Notes: generated from the sequence alone by a model not told the origin. 64,000 nt of DNA from Candidatus Thorarchaeota archaeon (GCA_046758445.1 JBHIAE010000003.1:32001-96000); one strand, 5' to 3'; positions 9,146-20,018 are shown, counted from the first letter of the stretch. Numbers and translations: made by a program.

Positions 9146-10954
9146 ATGACTCAGGAAACCGGAGGAATAGAGAGCATTGCTGGACCCGTTGTTCGATGCG
9201 AAGGACTGACTTCTGTTCGAATGTATGAAGTTGTGCGAGTGGGCGAACAACAGCTAATCGGAGAAGTGATTGAGGTCGGGGAAGGCACCTGTACCGTACA
9301 GGTCTACGAGGAAACTTCTGGTCTGACTCCCGGGGAGCCAGTTGTCCCAACTGGTGACTCCCTATCTGTTGAGCTAGGTCCTGGCCTTCTCGGTTCTATT
9401 TACGATGGAATTCAACGTCCTCTCCCCGAGCTCCGAGAGATGTCTGGGGACTTCATCTCGAGGGGTCTTACCGTAGAGGGAATCAACAAGGAGAAAAAGT
9501 GGGAGTTCAAACCCTCGATCAAGGTTGGGGACAAGGTCGAGCCTGGAGACATAGTCGGCGAGGTCCCAGAAACTGGCATTATAACGTCCCGAATCCTCAT
9601 GCCAGTGGAAATCGAGGGCGAGGTCGTAGAAGTAGTACCTCCCGGGGAATACACAGTTCTTGAAACAATCTGCAAGGTGAAGAACAGCTACGGCGATATC
9701 CACGACGTCATGATGCTTCAGAGAACACCAGTTCGTATTGGCCGACTTTTCAAAGCCCGAGTGCCCATGGACACGCCTCTTATTACTGGCCAACGGGTCA
9801 TTGATACGTTCATGCCTCAGGCAAAGGGTGGCACTGGCGCCATACCTGGAGGCTTTGGAACTGGCAAGACAGTCGCGCTTCATCAGTTTGCCAAATGGGC
9901 CGATGCACAAGTAGTCGTATACGTTGGTTGTGGAGAACGTGGCAATGAGATGACCGAGGCGCTTGAGGAGTGGCCACACCTCAAAGACCCTAAGAGTGGC
10001 CGTCCGCTCATGGAACGCACAGTGCTGATTGCCAACACATCAAACATGCCTGTCGCAGCTCGTGAAGCATCCATCTACGTGGCTGTGACGCTTGCTGAAT
10101 ACTTCAGAGACCAGGGTTTTGATGTGGCTCTGATGGCAGACTCAACTTCACGGTGGGCCGAAGCCCTTCGGGAAATCTCCGGCCGGCTGGGTCAATTGCC
10201 GTCTGAGGAAGGATATCCTGCCTACCTTGGTTCCAGACTTGCTCAGTTTTATGAGCGAGGTGGAAGAGTGAGAACGTTGGGCTCAGAAGAGCGGCTCGGC
10301 TCAATCACTATCTGTGGTGCGGTTTCACCTCCTGGAGGCGACTTCTCTGAACCGGTGACTCAGGCCACGCTCCGGATCGTAAAGGTGTTCTGGGCTCTGG
10401 ACAAGGACCTGGCGGCACGGAGATTCTTCCCGGCCATTAATTCACTGACGAGTTACTCCCTGTATCATCCAACTCTCGAACCGTGGCACAGAGAGAACCT
10501 TGGAGATGACTGGCCCGAGCTAGTACGGGATGCCATGGCACTACTTCAGAAGGACCAAGAACTCAGAGAGATTGTGCAGCTTGTAGGTCCAGACGCACTT
10601 CCTGAGTCAGAGCGCGCAACTCTAGAGGCCGCTAGAATGATCAAGGAGGACTTCCTTACTCAGAGCGCACTTCATGAGATTGATACATTCTGTCCCATTG
10701 GAAAGACGTACCGCATGCTACGCTTGATTATCAAGTTTACAGAGAAGATGGCTGAAGCTGTGAGCTTGGGCGTACAAGTCAGGAGGATTCTAGAGTTCAG
10801 CGTCCTCGACAACATTGCTCGAATGAAGATTACGCCCTGGGATAGTTATGAGTCAACGATGGACACCATCGAGAAGAAGACGGAAACAGAGTTCCAGTCG
10901 CTGTACAAAGAACTAGCTGACTCTGGCATGGTGATATCAGAAATCGCTGAATGA
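9146..10954 (+). CDS. atpA: A/V-type ATP synthase subunit A
   Basis: GGFGTGKT, GCGERGNEM, NTSNMPVAAREAS, DSTSRWAEALRE; no intein. Confidence 0.98.
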   Translation: MTQETGGIESIAGPVVRCEGLTSVRMYEVVRVGEQQLIGEVIEVGEGTCTVQVYEETSGLTPGEPVVPTGDSLSVELGPGLLGSIYDGIQRPLPELREMSGDFISRGLTVEGINKEKKWEFKPSIKVGDKVEPGDIVGEVPETGIITSRILMPVEIEGEVVEVVPPGEYTVLETICKVKNSYGDIHDVMMLQRTPVRIGRLFKARVPMDTPLITGQRVIDTFMPQAKGGTGAIPGGFGTGKTVALHQFAKWADAQVVVYVGCGERGNEMTEALEEWPHLKDPKSGRPLMERTVLIANTSNMPVAAREASIYVAVTLAEYFRDQGFDVALMADSTSRWAEALREISGRLGQLPSEEGYPAYLGSRLAQFYERGGRVRTLGSEERLGSITICGAVSPPGGDFSEPVTQATLRIVKVFWALDKDLAARRFFPAINSLTSYSLYHPTLEPWHRENLGDDWPELVRDAMALLQKDQELREIVQLVGPDALPESERATLEAARMIKEDFLTQSALHEIDTFCPIGKTYRMLRLIIKFTEKMAEAVSLGVQVRRILEFSVLDNIARMKITPWDSYESTMDTIEKKTETEFQSLYKELADSGMVISEIAE

Positions 10955-11026
10955 TACCAGTAAGAGCCGTCTGTCCAGTATACAGCAGTGGTGTTTATTG
11001 GTCTGTAGTCCCACATAACTCAAGAC

Positions 11027-11578
11027 ATGAGTCGAGAACAGGAACTAGCAGAGCTTCATGAAGAGATTCTCAAGTGCACAAGGTGTCCGCTAAATGCCAC
11101 CCGGAGAAACGCAGTGCCTGGAGAAGGCCCCCTCAACGCCACCGTGATGTTCATCGGCGAAGCGCCCGGTGTTAAGGAGGATGAATCCGGAAGGCCGTTT
11201 GTGGGGCGTTCTGGAGGTTTCCTGACAGATTTGATTGCTGAGATTGGACTGTCAAGAAATGAAGTATTCATCACGTCAGTTCTGAAGTCACGACCACCGA
11301 GAAACCGTGCTCCAAGAAAGAGCGAGATCGAGGCCTGTAGACCATATCTGGAGCGCCAGATACGTATTGTGAATCCAGATGTAGTCGTGCTTCTTGGAGG
11401 TGTAGCCGTTTCATCCATAATCGGTCCTTGGAAGATCTCAGAGGCACACGGTAGAATGTATGAGATAGAAGACCGGAAGTTCCTCATTACATACCACCCC
11501 GCAGCAGCGCTACGATTTCCGAAGCTAAGAGAGGCCATGGCTGCGGACTTTGCAGCTTTGAGGCGCGAGTTTGAGTGA
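11027..11578 (+). CDS. udg: uracil-DNA glycosylase family 4
   Basis: CxxC, GEAPG, GRPFVGRSG, TYHPAA. Confidence 0.9.
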   Translation: MSREQELAELHEEILKCTRCPLNATRRNAVPGEGPLNATVMFIGEAPGVKEDESGRPFVGRSGGFLTDLIAEIGLSRNEVFITSVLKSRPPRNRAPRKSEIEACRPYLERQIRIVNPDVVVLLGGVAVSSIIGPWKISEAHGRMYEIEDRKFLITYHPAAALRFPKLREAMAADFAALRREFE

Positions 11579-11613
11579 GTGGTGGTTAAATTGCACCAGA
11601 TTAACAACCTGAC

Positions 11614-12132
11614 GTGGACTCAATGGTCGTGTCAATGGTCCCCCTGATACTGCAGACCCCCTTCGACATACCTGCCTTTCCACCATGGATGGAAGCCGCA
11701 GACCTAATTCTGAATGTCTTCTTCGCACTCGTCATTCGAGGATATCTGATACTTGTGCTTGTAGGGTTCATGATCTATGTGACAGGGCTAAGTGATGGTC
11801 TAGCGAAGACACTAGTCGTCTTTGGAGTGGCGATGTATATAGCAGGGCCCTATTTGCTTGGCATTCTCGCAGATCTAGCTGGTGTGACACCGCCGACCCT
11901 CGAAGATGCAACTGGCGCATGGTTCGGGCTTTTCGGGATGACAGATGCGGAGCTGATAGATGTTCTGGTGACTCTTGGCGACATCATAGTTGCTGTTGCC
12001 ATCCTTGCGGGTGCAATCATGTATTTCACTCCCCTCGCTGGTGACTTGAAGACGAAAGGACAGTCGTTAGTTGTCCGAGGATTGCTATTGATTCCCATAC
12101 TAAGCTTCTTTCACATAGCCGCCTGGCTCTAG
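11614..12132 (+). CDS. membrane protein with two VirB2/T4SS-pilin-like repeats
   Basis: Two TM hairpin units: LVGFMIYVTG..LAKTLVVFG and LAGAIMYFT..KTKGQSLVVRG; start uncertain; family assignment tentative. Confidence 0.6.
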   Translation: MDSMVVSMVPLILQTPFDIPAFPPWMEAADLILNVFFALVIRGYLILVLVGFMIYVTGLSDGLAKTLVVFGVAMYIAGPYLLGILADLAGVTPPTLEDATGAWFGLFGMTDAELIDVLVTLGDIIVAVAILAGAIMYFTPLAGDLKTKGQSLVVRGLLLIPILSFFHIAAWL

Positions 12133-12222
12133 CAGACGAACACCAGACGGGAAGTCTTAAAACGAGCAGCAGTGTACCGAGGCGAACGAAACTCGAAAGG
12201 ATGACCATAGGCGGATTTCACA

Positions 12223-13620
12223 ATGTCTAAGTCCTCAGTTGCCTATCGCACAGTGTCCGATGTTAGCGGGCCTCTTCTTGTTGTGGAGAACACACATGAC
12301 GTTGGTTACAACGAGGTTGTCAAAATCCGTGCTCCGAATGGAAACCTCCTCACCGGCACTGTTCTTGAAACAGGCCGTGGAAGAGCAGTGATTCAGGTCT
12401 TTGAAGGAACAAGTGGTCTCGATACCGACGTTACTGCTGTTCGTTTCACGGGAGATACTCTGAGGCTTCCTGTTTCTAGCGAGATTCTGGGTCGCGTTCT
12501 TGATGGTTCAGGCAACCCTCTAGATAGTGGTCCTGTTCTTACGGCAGAGGACCACTGGGACATCTACGGGTCCCCCATCAATCCGTATGCAAGACAGTAC
12601 CCCCGTCAGCCCATTCAGACAGGACTGTCTGTAATTGACGGTCTGAACACACTTGTTCGAGGACAGAAGCTACCAATCTTCTCCGGCTCCGGTCTACCAC
12701 ATAACCGGATTGCAGCACAGATTGTGAGACAGTCCAAGATTCCTGGTGAAGAAGGCGATTTTGCCATAGTGTTTGCTGCGATGGGCATTACGGCCACAGA
12801 ATCACAATACTTCATGAAGTCCTTCGAAGAAACCGGAGCTCTAGAGCATACAACCATGTTCTTGAATCTGGCCAACGACCCGGCGATTGAGCGAATCATC
12901 ACTCCAAGAGCCGCGCTGACAGCAGCTGAATATCTGGCCTACGAGTCCGAAATGCACGTTCTTGTCGTATTGACAGACATGACGAACTATGCGGAGGCAC
13001 TTCGAGAGATAAGTGCGGCAAGGTCCGAGGTTCCTGGACGTCGTGGCTATCCGGGGTACCTGTACACAGACCTTAGTCTAATCTATGAGCGTGCCGGAAG
13101 AATACACGGGAGAAACGGAACAATTACGCAGATGCCAATTCTCTCAATGCCTCAGGATGACATGACCCATCCGATACCTGACCTGACCGGTTATATCACT
13201 GAGGGTCAGCTTCCTCTGAGCAGAGCACTCCATAGGCGAGGTGTCTATCCACCTATCGACCCGGGACCATCCCTCAGCAGACTTATGAAGGAAGGTATTG
13301 GTGAGGGTATGACCCGCTTCGACCACAAGGAAGTCCAAGCACAACTCTACTACGGTTACTCTGAAGGAATAGATCTGAGGGACCTAGTGGCCGTCGTCGG
13401 TTCTGAGGCCCTAACTGATCGCGACCAGAAGTACCTCAAATTTGCCGATCGTTTTGAGCAGGAGTTCATAAGCCAAGATGAGTTCGAGGATCGCTCCTTC
13501 GAACATACGTTGGATCTCGGATGGAACCTCCTCAGCGAGTTCCCTGAGCGTGAACTGAAACGATGTGACCCTGAAACAATCTCGTGGGCAAGTGAAAGGG
13601 GCGTTTACAAGTCGGCATAG
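12223..13620 (+). CDS. atpB: A/V-type ATP synthase subunit B
   Basis: [49 protein letters not shown]. Confidence 0.98.
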   Translation: MSKSSVAYRTVSDVSGPLLVVENTHDVGYNEVVKIRAPNGNLLTGTVLETGRGRAVIQVFEGTSGLDTDVTAVRFTGDTLRLPVSSEILGRVLDGSGNPLDSGPVLTAEDHWDIYGSPINPYARQYPRQPIQTGLSVIDGLNTLVRGQKLPIFSGSGLPHNRIAAQIVRQSKIPGEEGDFAIVFAAMGITATESQYFMKSFEETGALEHTTMFLNLANDPAIERIITPRAALTAAEYLAYESEMHVLVVLTDMTNYAEALREISAARSEVPGRRGYPGYLYTDLSLIYERAGRIHGRNGTITQMPILSMPQDDMTHPIPDLTGYITEGQLPLSRALHRRGVYPPIDPGPSLSRLMKEGIGEGMTRFDHKEVQAQLYYGYSEGIDLRDLVAVVGSEALTDRDQKYLKFADRFEQEFISQDEFEDRSFEHTLDLGWNLLSEFPERELKRCDPETISWASERGVYKSA

Positions 13621-13658
13621 TCCAAAACACCACTAGGCACATATAGTTCATTCGCAAT

Positions 13659-14003
13659 TCATTCTGGCTCGAGCCCGTGGTGCAGGTAATGGTCCTTCTC
13701 CTTCTTCGCACCAAAACTTCGAAGGCCGTCTGTCTTCAACTGAGCCTTGATGTCCCGTGCTTCCGTGCGACTAATCTCCCCACGTCCCATCATATAGTCT
13801 ACAATCTCGATAGCCTGGGAGAGAGTATCGCATCGCCGAATATAGTCCACAATATCCGGGACAAAGGTCTGATGAGCTTTGGGTTGGTCAGGTTCCTCAG
13901 ACATCGTGCGGACACCATCTATCTTGTGGGTCTTGGTGCGTCCTGCTTCCAGCTCATCGCTCAATGCAGGATATGCATCATCGAACTCTTCTCGTGACAT
14001 CAT
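13659..14003 (-). CDS. DUF2095 family protein
   Basis: PDIVDYIRRCDT...RGEIS...GLRSFG.KK. Confidence 0.8.
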   Translation of the reverse strand: MMSREEFDDAYPALSDELEAGRTKTHKIDGVRTMSEEPDQPKAHQTFVPDIVDYIRRCDTLSQAIEIVDYMMGRGEISRTEARDIKAQLKTDGLRSFGAKKEKDHYLHHGLEPE

Positions 14004-14103
14004 AGATCACCAGACTGCCTGCACCGCGACCAGACCTGGCATGTAATCCAAGACTTCTCTAGGATTTTCATTTATAACCTTAGCCAAGACGGCTGGAGTC
14101 ATC

Positions 14104-15630
14104 TCAAGCCCTCAAAAACGACCATGATAGCTCCCCTTTCAGACGCTCAGAGTCATTTGCCAAAGATAGGAAGCGAACGCCTGTTTCCTTTTCTGCTCTT
14201 CTCCATCCACCGAATCCTCCATACCTCGCTGCTAATTGAATCACCTCTCCGATTGAACGATCGCCGACTGACAATGCTGCTTGAATTCGTGCACTTCTGG
14301 GGTCAGTCCCTTCAACCTCAGTCCGTGGCACATTTCGCAGCCCGTTCTCAATCAATTTGAGCTTGTTTCTAAGCTCTTGAACCACGGGTTGGCTCTCACG
14401 TTCCCATCTAGTTTGAGCTTTAGGCACAAACGGATTGACACTAGCTGTCACTTTGATACCTGAAGCATTTGCAAGATGTTTGACCATCTTCACAATGTCC
14501 TTCAGATCGTCATCCGACTCATCGGGAAGTCCAATTATGAAGTAGAGTTTCAGTGCCTTGTATCCAGCTTCCACGGCCAGACTGACAGCTCTCTGAATGT
14601 CATCCTCATTCAGTCCTTTGCCCATGGCCTTCCTAAGACGGGAGGAGCCAGCCTCGGGAGCGATAGTGAGTGTTCGCTGACCTCCCTTCACAAATGACTT
14701 GAGCATCCGGGAAGTGACCGAGTCTGCTCTGAGGGATGGGGCTGAGAGCTCAACATTCTGCTCGACAATCCATGCAGCAAGATCCTCTAGGCCATCTAGG
14801 TCCCCAAGGGATGACCCTATCAGTGAAACCTTTCGGACAGGTGTGTTTTCGAGTCCCTTAGTGACAATCTCCTGTAAACGTTCCAGCGACCTGACCCTGC
14901 GAGGTCGACAGATGTGACCGACCAGACAGAACCTGCAAGAGTGACCACACCCTCGGGTGACTTCAACCAGGAAGGACTTTCCAAACACCGGTTCCAGTTT
15001 CGCGCCCTCTGGCACATCTGGAACAATCTGGTCAGTGGGATGGAACAGCTCCTCAAGACTATCTATTGTGAGTCTTGTGACTGAGGATTGTGATTCAGAC
15101 GGGACATATACTCCTGGAATCTCAGCCAAATCGGCTATTACCTCTGACCTAGAGGAGGCGTCCCGAATAGAATCCACAATATCATGAATAACAAGGTCGC
15201 CATCCCCAATCACAAATGCATCCACAAAGTCTACATAGGGCTCAGGATTTGCACTGACGGCTGGCCCTCCGACCAGCACTATTGGACTATCAGCGCCTCT
15301 GTTTTCGGCTATGGTTTCAATCCGACCCTGTTCTAGCATCTGCAATAGGTTGACGATGTCCTCCTCCCAAGTCAACGAGAAGGCCACAACATGATTGTCC
15401 TTGAGTGGACGTGCTGTTTCCAGAGAGAGTGCTGGAGATGGCACATCATACCTGAAGTATCTCTCACAAGAAGTGTCATTCCTCCTGTTCAAGCCCTCGT
15501 AGAAGAGGTGTGTGGCAAGTGATGTCATTCCAACCCTGTAAGTGGACGGATAGCCATATCCAACTTGGACCTCAATTGCTCGGAGGTCCTTTACAACGAT
15601 GTTATGTTCTCTGAACTGGGTCTTGGACAA
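14104..15630 (-). CDS. radical SAM protein with B12-binding-like N-terminal domain
   Basis: YPSTYRVGMTSL, GGPAVSANPEP, RGCGHSCRFC, PSLRAD, APEAGS. Confidence 0.9.
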   Translation of the reverse strand: MSKTQFREHNIVVKDLRAIEVQVGYGYPSTYRVGMTSLATHLFYEGLNRRNDTSCERYFRYDVPSPALSLETARPLKDNHVVAFSLTWEEDIVNLLQMLEQGRIETIAENRGADSPIVLVGGPAVSANPEPYVDFVDAFVIGDGDLVIHDIVDSIRDASSRSEVIADLAEIPGVYVPSESQSSVTRLTIDSLEELFHPTDQIVPDVPEGAKLEPVFGKSFLVEVTRGCGHSCRFCLVGHICRPRRVRSLERLQEIVTKGLENTPVRKVSLIGSSLGDLDGLEDLAAWIVEQNVELSAPSLRADSVTSRMLKSFVKGGQRTLTIAPEAGSSRLRKAMGKGLNEDDIQRAVSLAVEAGYKALKLYFIIGLPDESDDDLKDIVKMVKHLANASGIKVTASVNPFVPKAQTRWERESQPVVQELRNKLKLIENGLRNVPRTEVEGTDPRSARIQAALSVGDRSIGEVIQLAARYGGFGGWRRAEKETGVRFLSLANDSERLKGELSWSFLRA

Positions 15631-15689
15631 CTCTCCCCATTCCTGGTTTTCATTTCTTAATCTCGTTTGCCACGTTATTCCTATTCTCT

Positions 15690-16958
15690 CTAATCTGTTT
15701 CTGACTGTTTCTGTGTGACCCGTAGAAGTTTCCCAGGTGCCACGTCCTTCTCCACAATCACACCGATTCCTGTTCGCGACTCTTGATGTAGAACAACTCC
15801 TGGCGCGAGAAGAGTCCCTATGCCAGTCTTGACGTTGTCTCCAATGATTGCTCCAAGTTTCCTCCGACCAGAGTCGACCAGCTTGCCCTTCACCATTACT
15901 CTAACTGGTCTATCATCGTGTCTGAGATTTGCGGTAATAGTGCCTGCTCCGAAGTTGACCTTCTTCCCAATCACCGAGTCCCCAACATACGAGAGATGCC
16001 CGATACTAGCCCCCTCCATGACCAATGAGTTCTTGATCTCGCAACCATTGCCCACCTTGACGCCCCTGACTAGGCAAGAGTGAGGTCGAAGATAGCAGTT
16101 CGGACCGACCACAGAATTCTCGCCAATGTACACCGGCCCCTCAATGTATGCTCCACTCTTTACTATCGCTCCGGGCTTTACGGTGACCTTTCCCTTGAGC
16201 ACTGCACCATCTTCTACGACGCCGGATATCTCACCCTTCATGTCAGCCTGTATCCGTTCATTTGCTACGAGAAGGTCCCAGGGTTTCCCAATCTCGAGCC
16301 ACCATGAAGGTATGGTATATGCTCCCACGCTCCTTTCACTGATGATCTTCATTATCGATTCAGTTATCTCGTACTCGCCTCGAGATGACAACTCAGTCTT
16401 ATCAATGGCCTCCCAAAGTTCCTTTCCTGCTGCATAGATTCCAGCATTGACCAGATTACTCACCAGCTGTTCTTCAGTTGGCTTCTCAATCAGGTTGGTT
16501 GCTCTTCCATCTTCCACGGCTACAACACCATAGGCAGTAGGGTCCTCGATTGGGAAAACAGAGAGAGTGAGGTCATGATCACTCTTCTTGTGATAGTCTA
16601 TCAGCCCCGTGAACGTACCGGGGCCCACCATCACATCACCATTCATCAGAAGCACCGAGTCGTCGCCAGCAAAGTCCCTTGCATGACCCGCTGCGTGAGC
16701 TGTTCCCTTTCTCTCAGCCTGAAGAACATATGAAACACTCATCTTTCCCCAGTCCTCTGAGTCGATGGCTTCTCGGAGCTGTTCTCCATGATATCCATAG
16801 ACAACAAGGGTCTCCCGTATCCCAGCTTCTTTGAGACCATCCAGAGTGTGGAATATGAGCGGTCTTCCAGCCACGGGCAGTAGATGTTTCGGAACATAGG
16901 CTGATAGGGGCATCATTCGAGTTGATTCGCCAGCAGCGAGTAGAGCAGCCTTCTTCAT
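15690..16958 (-). CDS. glmU: bifunctional sugar-1-phosphate nucleotidylyltransferase/acetyltransferase (archaeal GlmU-like)
   Basis: LAAGESTRM.P, EKP, RGEYEIT, hexapeptide repeats, HLSYVGDS, GRRKLGA. Confidence 0.9.
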   Translation of the reverse strand: MKKAALLAAGESTRMMPLSAYVPKHLLPVAGRPLIFHTLDGLKEAGIRETLVVYGYHGEQLREAIDSEDWGKMSVSYVLQAERKGTAHAAGHARDFAGDDSVLLMNGDVMVGPGTFTGLIDYHKKSDHDLTLSVFPIEDPTAYGVVAVEDGRATNLIEKPTEEQLVSNLVNAGIYAAGKELWEAIDKTELSSRGEYEITESIMKIISERSVGAYTIPSWWLEIGKPWDLLVANERIQADMKGEISGVVEDGAVLKGKVTVKPGAIVKSGAYIEGPVYIGENSVVGPNCYLRPHSCLVRGVKVGNGCEIKNSLVMEGASIGHLSYVGDSVIGKKVNFGAGTITANLRHDDRPVRVMVKGKLVDSGRRKLGAIIGDNVKTGIGTLLAPGVVLHQESRTGIGVIVEKDVAPGKLLRVTQKQSETD

Positions 16959-17089
16959 GGTGGGTCGAGCATCTCGATGTTATACTTCGTTATAGAGTTT
17001 GTCGGGCATTGTGTGAGGAGTTTTGAGTGCAACAAGTAGCGCGGTGACGGACTGCGACACTCCATCCTAGGCTGCGATACATTAATATA

Positions 17090-17122
17090 CTTCATTTTTG
17101 ATAGATATACTATCGTTTGAAG
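17090..17122. promoter_or_regulatory. inverted repeat in the glmU / HTH divergent promoter region
   Basis: CTTCA..GATAG-ATATA-CTATC..TGAAG. Confidence 0.35.
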
Positions 17123-17169
17123 CAAGTTTCGAGAACTCTGCCTGCTTCAGACAGAACGAACGAAAGTAG

Positions 17170-17427
17170 GTGAATAACCGAATGATGTCAGATGAGCAAC
17201 TGAAGGAGGAGCTTAAGGATCTGAAGCTCACCAAGAGCCAGATGATCGTGCTAGATATCCTCCGTACCAGCGGCAAGGGCGGCGTTACTCCCAAGCAGCT
17301 CCTGGACAAGGTTTCCTTCGCTCCGAGGACCGTGAGATACGCCCTCAGAAAGCTGCTCAAGAAGAAATTGATCAAGAGAGTACCCTGTCTTCAAGATATG
17401 AGGCAATGGATATACGTACCCGCTTAA
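17170..17427 (+). CDS. small winged-HTH transcriptional regulator (MarR-like)
   Basis: LTKSQMIVL, PRTVRYALRKL, DMRQ.IY. Confidence 0.85.
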   Translation: MNNRMMSDEQLKEELKDLKLTKSQMIVLDILRTSGKGGVTPKQLLDKVSFAPRTVRYALRKLLKKKLIKRVPCLQDMRQWIYVPA

Positions 17428-17522
17428 CCAAATAAAGGCCTATGAGCGTCGATTTACGATAATAGACTCTTATAGGCCTAGAAACACATCCCGTTTCAAG
17501 GGTCGATGTACAACGAAATCCG

Positions 17523-18287
17523 ATGACTTCTGCAGGTCGCTTCCAAGACGAAGAACCCTATCGAGAAACTCAAAGACGGTGCGACCTTGCAATACCTGAC
17601 CCGGAGTTTGGAGAGATGGAAACAATAAAGATCGTGACAGGCGAGGAGGAAACCGCGGCCGTCGTTCGTGCCCTGAATGATGAGAATCGTCGACGGATAC
17701 TTCACGCACTTAGGTCCAAACGGATGTCAACATCAGAGATATGCGATTTTTTGGAGACCACAGATCCAGACAGGGAATTGAAGCCTCAGACCGTCCGCTA
17801 TCACCTGAAAGAGCTGGAGAAGGCCGGTCTGATAACGCAAGAAGGCTTTGAACCAGCTGGAAATGGCGATAGTCACATAATGACAAAGTTGTGGAGAGCC
17901 ACAGCTGAGAACGTGTTCATAGCGACCAGCGACATGGATGGTCTCCCTGAGAGAACGGTCAATGGAATTGACATGACTCTCGATCTTGTTGGAACGATGC
18001 GAGAGCTAGGATTCGTCCTCGAGGATGAGGAAGAGATACAACAGATCGCCCACGACTTCGTCGAGCGAGACCGGCTCTGGAAGAAGAGCCAAGAAGAGGC
18101 AAAGTTGATCCTCAAGAGTGTGTCTGCTCTTGACCCTGGTGTCTACTCCATACTCCTGAGAATCCTTGGCATTGCACAACTCAGCGATTCCGATTTCCGG
18201 CGTTATCAGGAGCTAAGCCAGAGCCTCACTGCTAGATTCAGAAAGGCATACCTAGACGGCTTGGGCGAGAATCCGAGAGTCTACTAG
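17523..18287 (+). CDS. ArsR-family HTH regulator with C-terminal helical domain
   Basis: ALNDENRRRILHAL, QTVRYHLKELEKAGLI; true start may be downstream. Confidence 0.8.
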   Translation: MTSAGRFQDEEPYRETQRRCDLAIPDPEFGEMETIKIVTGEEETAAVVRALNDENRRRILHALRSKRMSTSEICDFLETTDPDRELKPQTVRYHLKELEKAGLITQEGFEPAGNGDSHIMTKLWRATAENVFIATSDMDGLPERTVNGIDMTLDLVGTMRELGFVLEDEEEIQQIAHDFVERDRLWKKSQEEAKLILKSVSALDPGVYSILLRILGIAQLSDSDFRRYQELSQSLTARFRKAYLDGLGENPRVY

Positions 18288-18396
18288 CAAATGCATACAG
18301 ATGGATATCGGTCAATCCACACGCTCATAGTGTTCAGCCTGAAGTAAAGGTTTCTCGTTCGCTGTCTCTATATCATGCTGAGTCCGGTGTTCTTCT

Positions 18397-19943
18397 TCAC
18401 TTCATATCCTTCGCCATCGACTCCGCCATCGTCACCCACTGGTCAGGAATGAGATAGGGCCATCCCTTTGAGAAGCCGAGGTTTCTGAAGAATGAGAGTA
18501 GCAGATCCTGAACGCCCAGACCCCTCAATTGATCCTCTCCACCATCCATCACCCATACGGTGGCCAAAACCAATATCGCAGCCGCCCGGGTTTCCCAGTG
18601 GGAAGATGACAGAGCAGTCACCACCTCTGACAAGCCTTCACTCCCTTTCTCGTAGATCATGGTGCTGATGTTGCCGACGGCAGTCTTGCTACTCGTGGTC
18701 CAGGTCCTTCCAGATTCAGGTGAGAAACAGAGAGCAACGGCGGTGAGCGAGGACTTCACAGTCCCTCTCTCGGGATAGTACAGCATGAACCGGGTCGCAC
18801 CTCTTAACACGGCATCATTCTCAATCATCAAGGCAGAAATCAAGTCCTTATCTTGAACTTTGAAGTCGACATAGGCTATGTCTTTCTCGTCGTAAAGATG
18901 CTCTGAGGAAAGGAACATGAAGAGAATGTAGGCTGCTCGTTGTGTGGAGGTCCGACTCGAGAGCTCCACCATGTCCTTGATTGTTGTAAGCTGGACGCTC
19001 TTTAGTGAGCCAAGATTCTTGGTCAAATGCTCGTAGAACACCTCTGAGAGGTCAACACTGGAAGAGAGTCCATCAAAGACCGCCATCGCATGCGACCAGA
19101 GGTAGTGTCTATGTGTGGTAGCAGCCAAGGGATTGCCTCCACCCCAAAGTCAACGACTTTGCTACAGACCAGCCCATCAAGTTCCGGACCAAGGGAAGAC
19201 TCGGCTTGGCCGTAAACTCTCGGGATTAGGTCTTCTATGCATCCGATTCCTTCTATCTCAACAAGACGGTCAAGTGCCCAATCTCCAATTCGATTTCCTA
19301 GTATGAAAGGATGCCACACGTCACGTGCCTCGAGGAAATAACGTAGGCGCTCGCCCAACTCAGAATAGTTGTATCTATGGGCAATACGCGTCGCCAGATC
19401 AAGAGCCTCTAATGACGTATGCATGATGTACATGTCTTCTGGTCTTATGACGTCTTCAGCTGTCCATTTCAGCCCACAAATGAACTTCACCACTGGGTCC
19501 AGCACCTGCCGCACGTCAATCTCATTGAAGCCTCTCAAGATTGTTTCATGAATAGTATACTCGGGCCAATCCCTAAGCAATTCACTGTTAAGCGCCTTTC
19601 CCAGCAAAGGGATATGGTTGCCGACGTCTTCTTCAAGTAGATCTTCAACTGCCTCTAGGATTAGAGTGACATCGAATTGCATCTCCGCAATATCTCGCCC
19701 ATCGATGTCAGAGTTTTCAAGAATCTCAGTGAACTCCAGAAGCTTGCCTAGGAACTCCCGGGAGCTGTAGATGCCCGCTTTGTAGAGCTCCATGGTTGCC
19801 TTTCCTCTTGTTTCAACTGAGTTCAATGCATTGAGGAGTGCATCGATTTCATCATCTGAAAGGTCGTCACGCGTTCTTGGCATGGTCGCTCTCACATTGG
19901 ATTGTCTTGTGAGAACTGATTTAACCTTCGGTCTTTCTTGCAT
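18397..19943 (-). pseudogene. hypothetical alpha-helical (HEAT-like) protein split by a probable frameshift near 19110
   Basis: ORFs 19023..19943 and 18397..19128 overlap in different frames; joined sequence reads ..EAIPWLLPHI / HYLWSHAMAVF..; LSSSHWETRAAAILVL is HEAT-like. Confidence 0.5.
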
Positions 19944-20018
19944 TCCTCTATGCCTTCAGAAAGGCCTACCTAGACAGCGACAATGAAAACCCAAAGGTCT
20001 ACCAGCCTTTGACTGATC

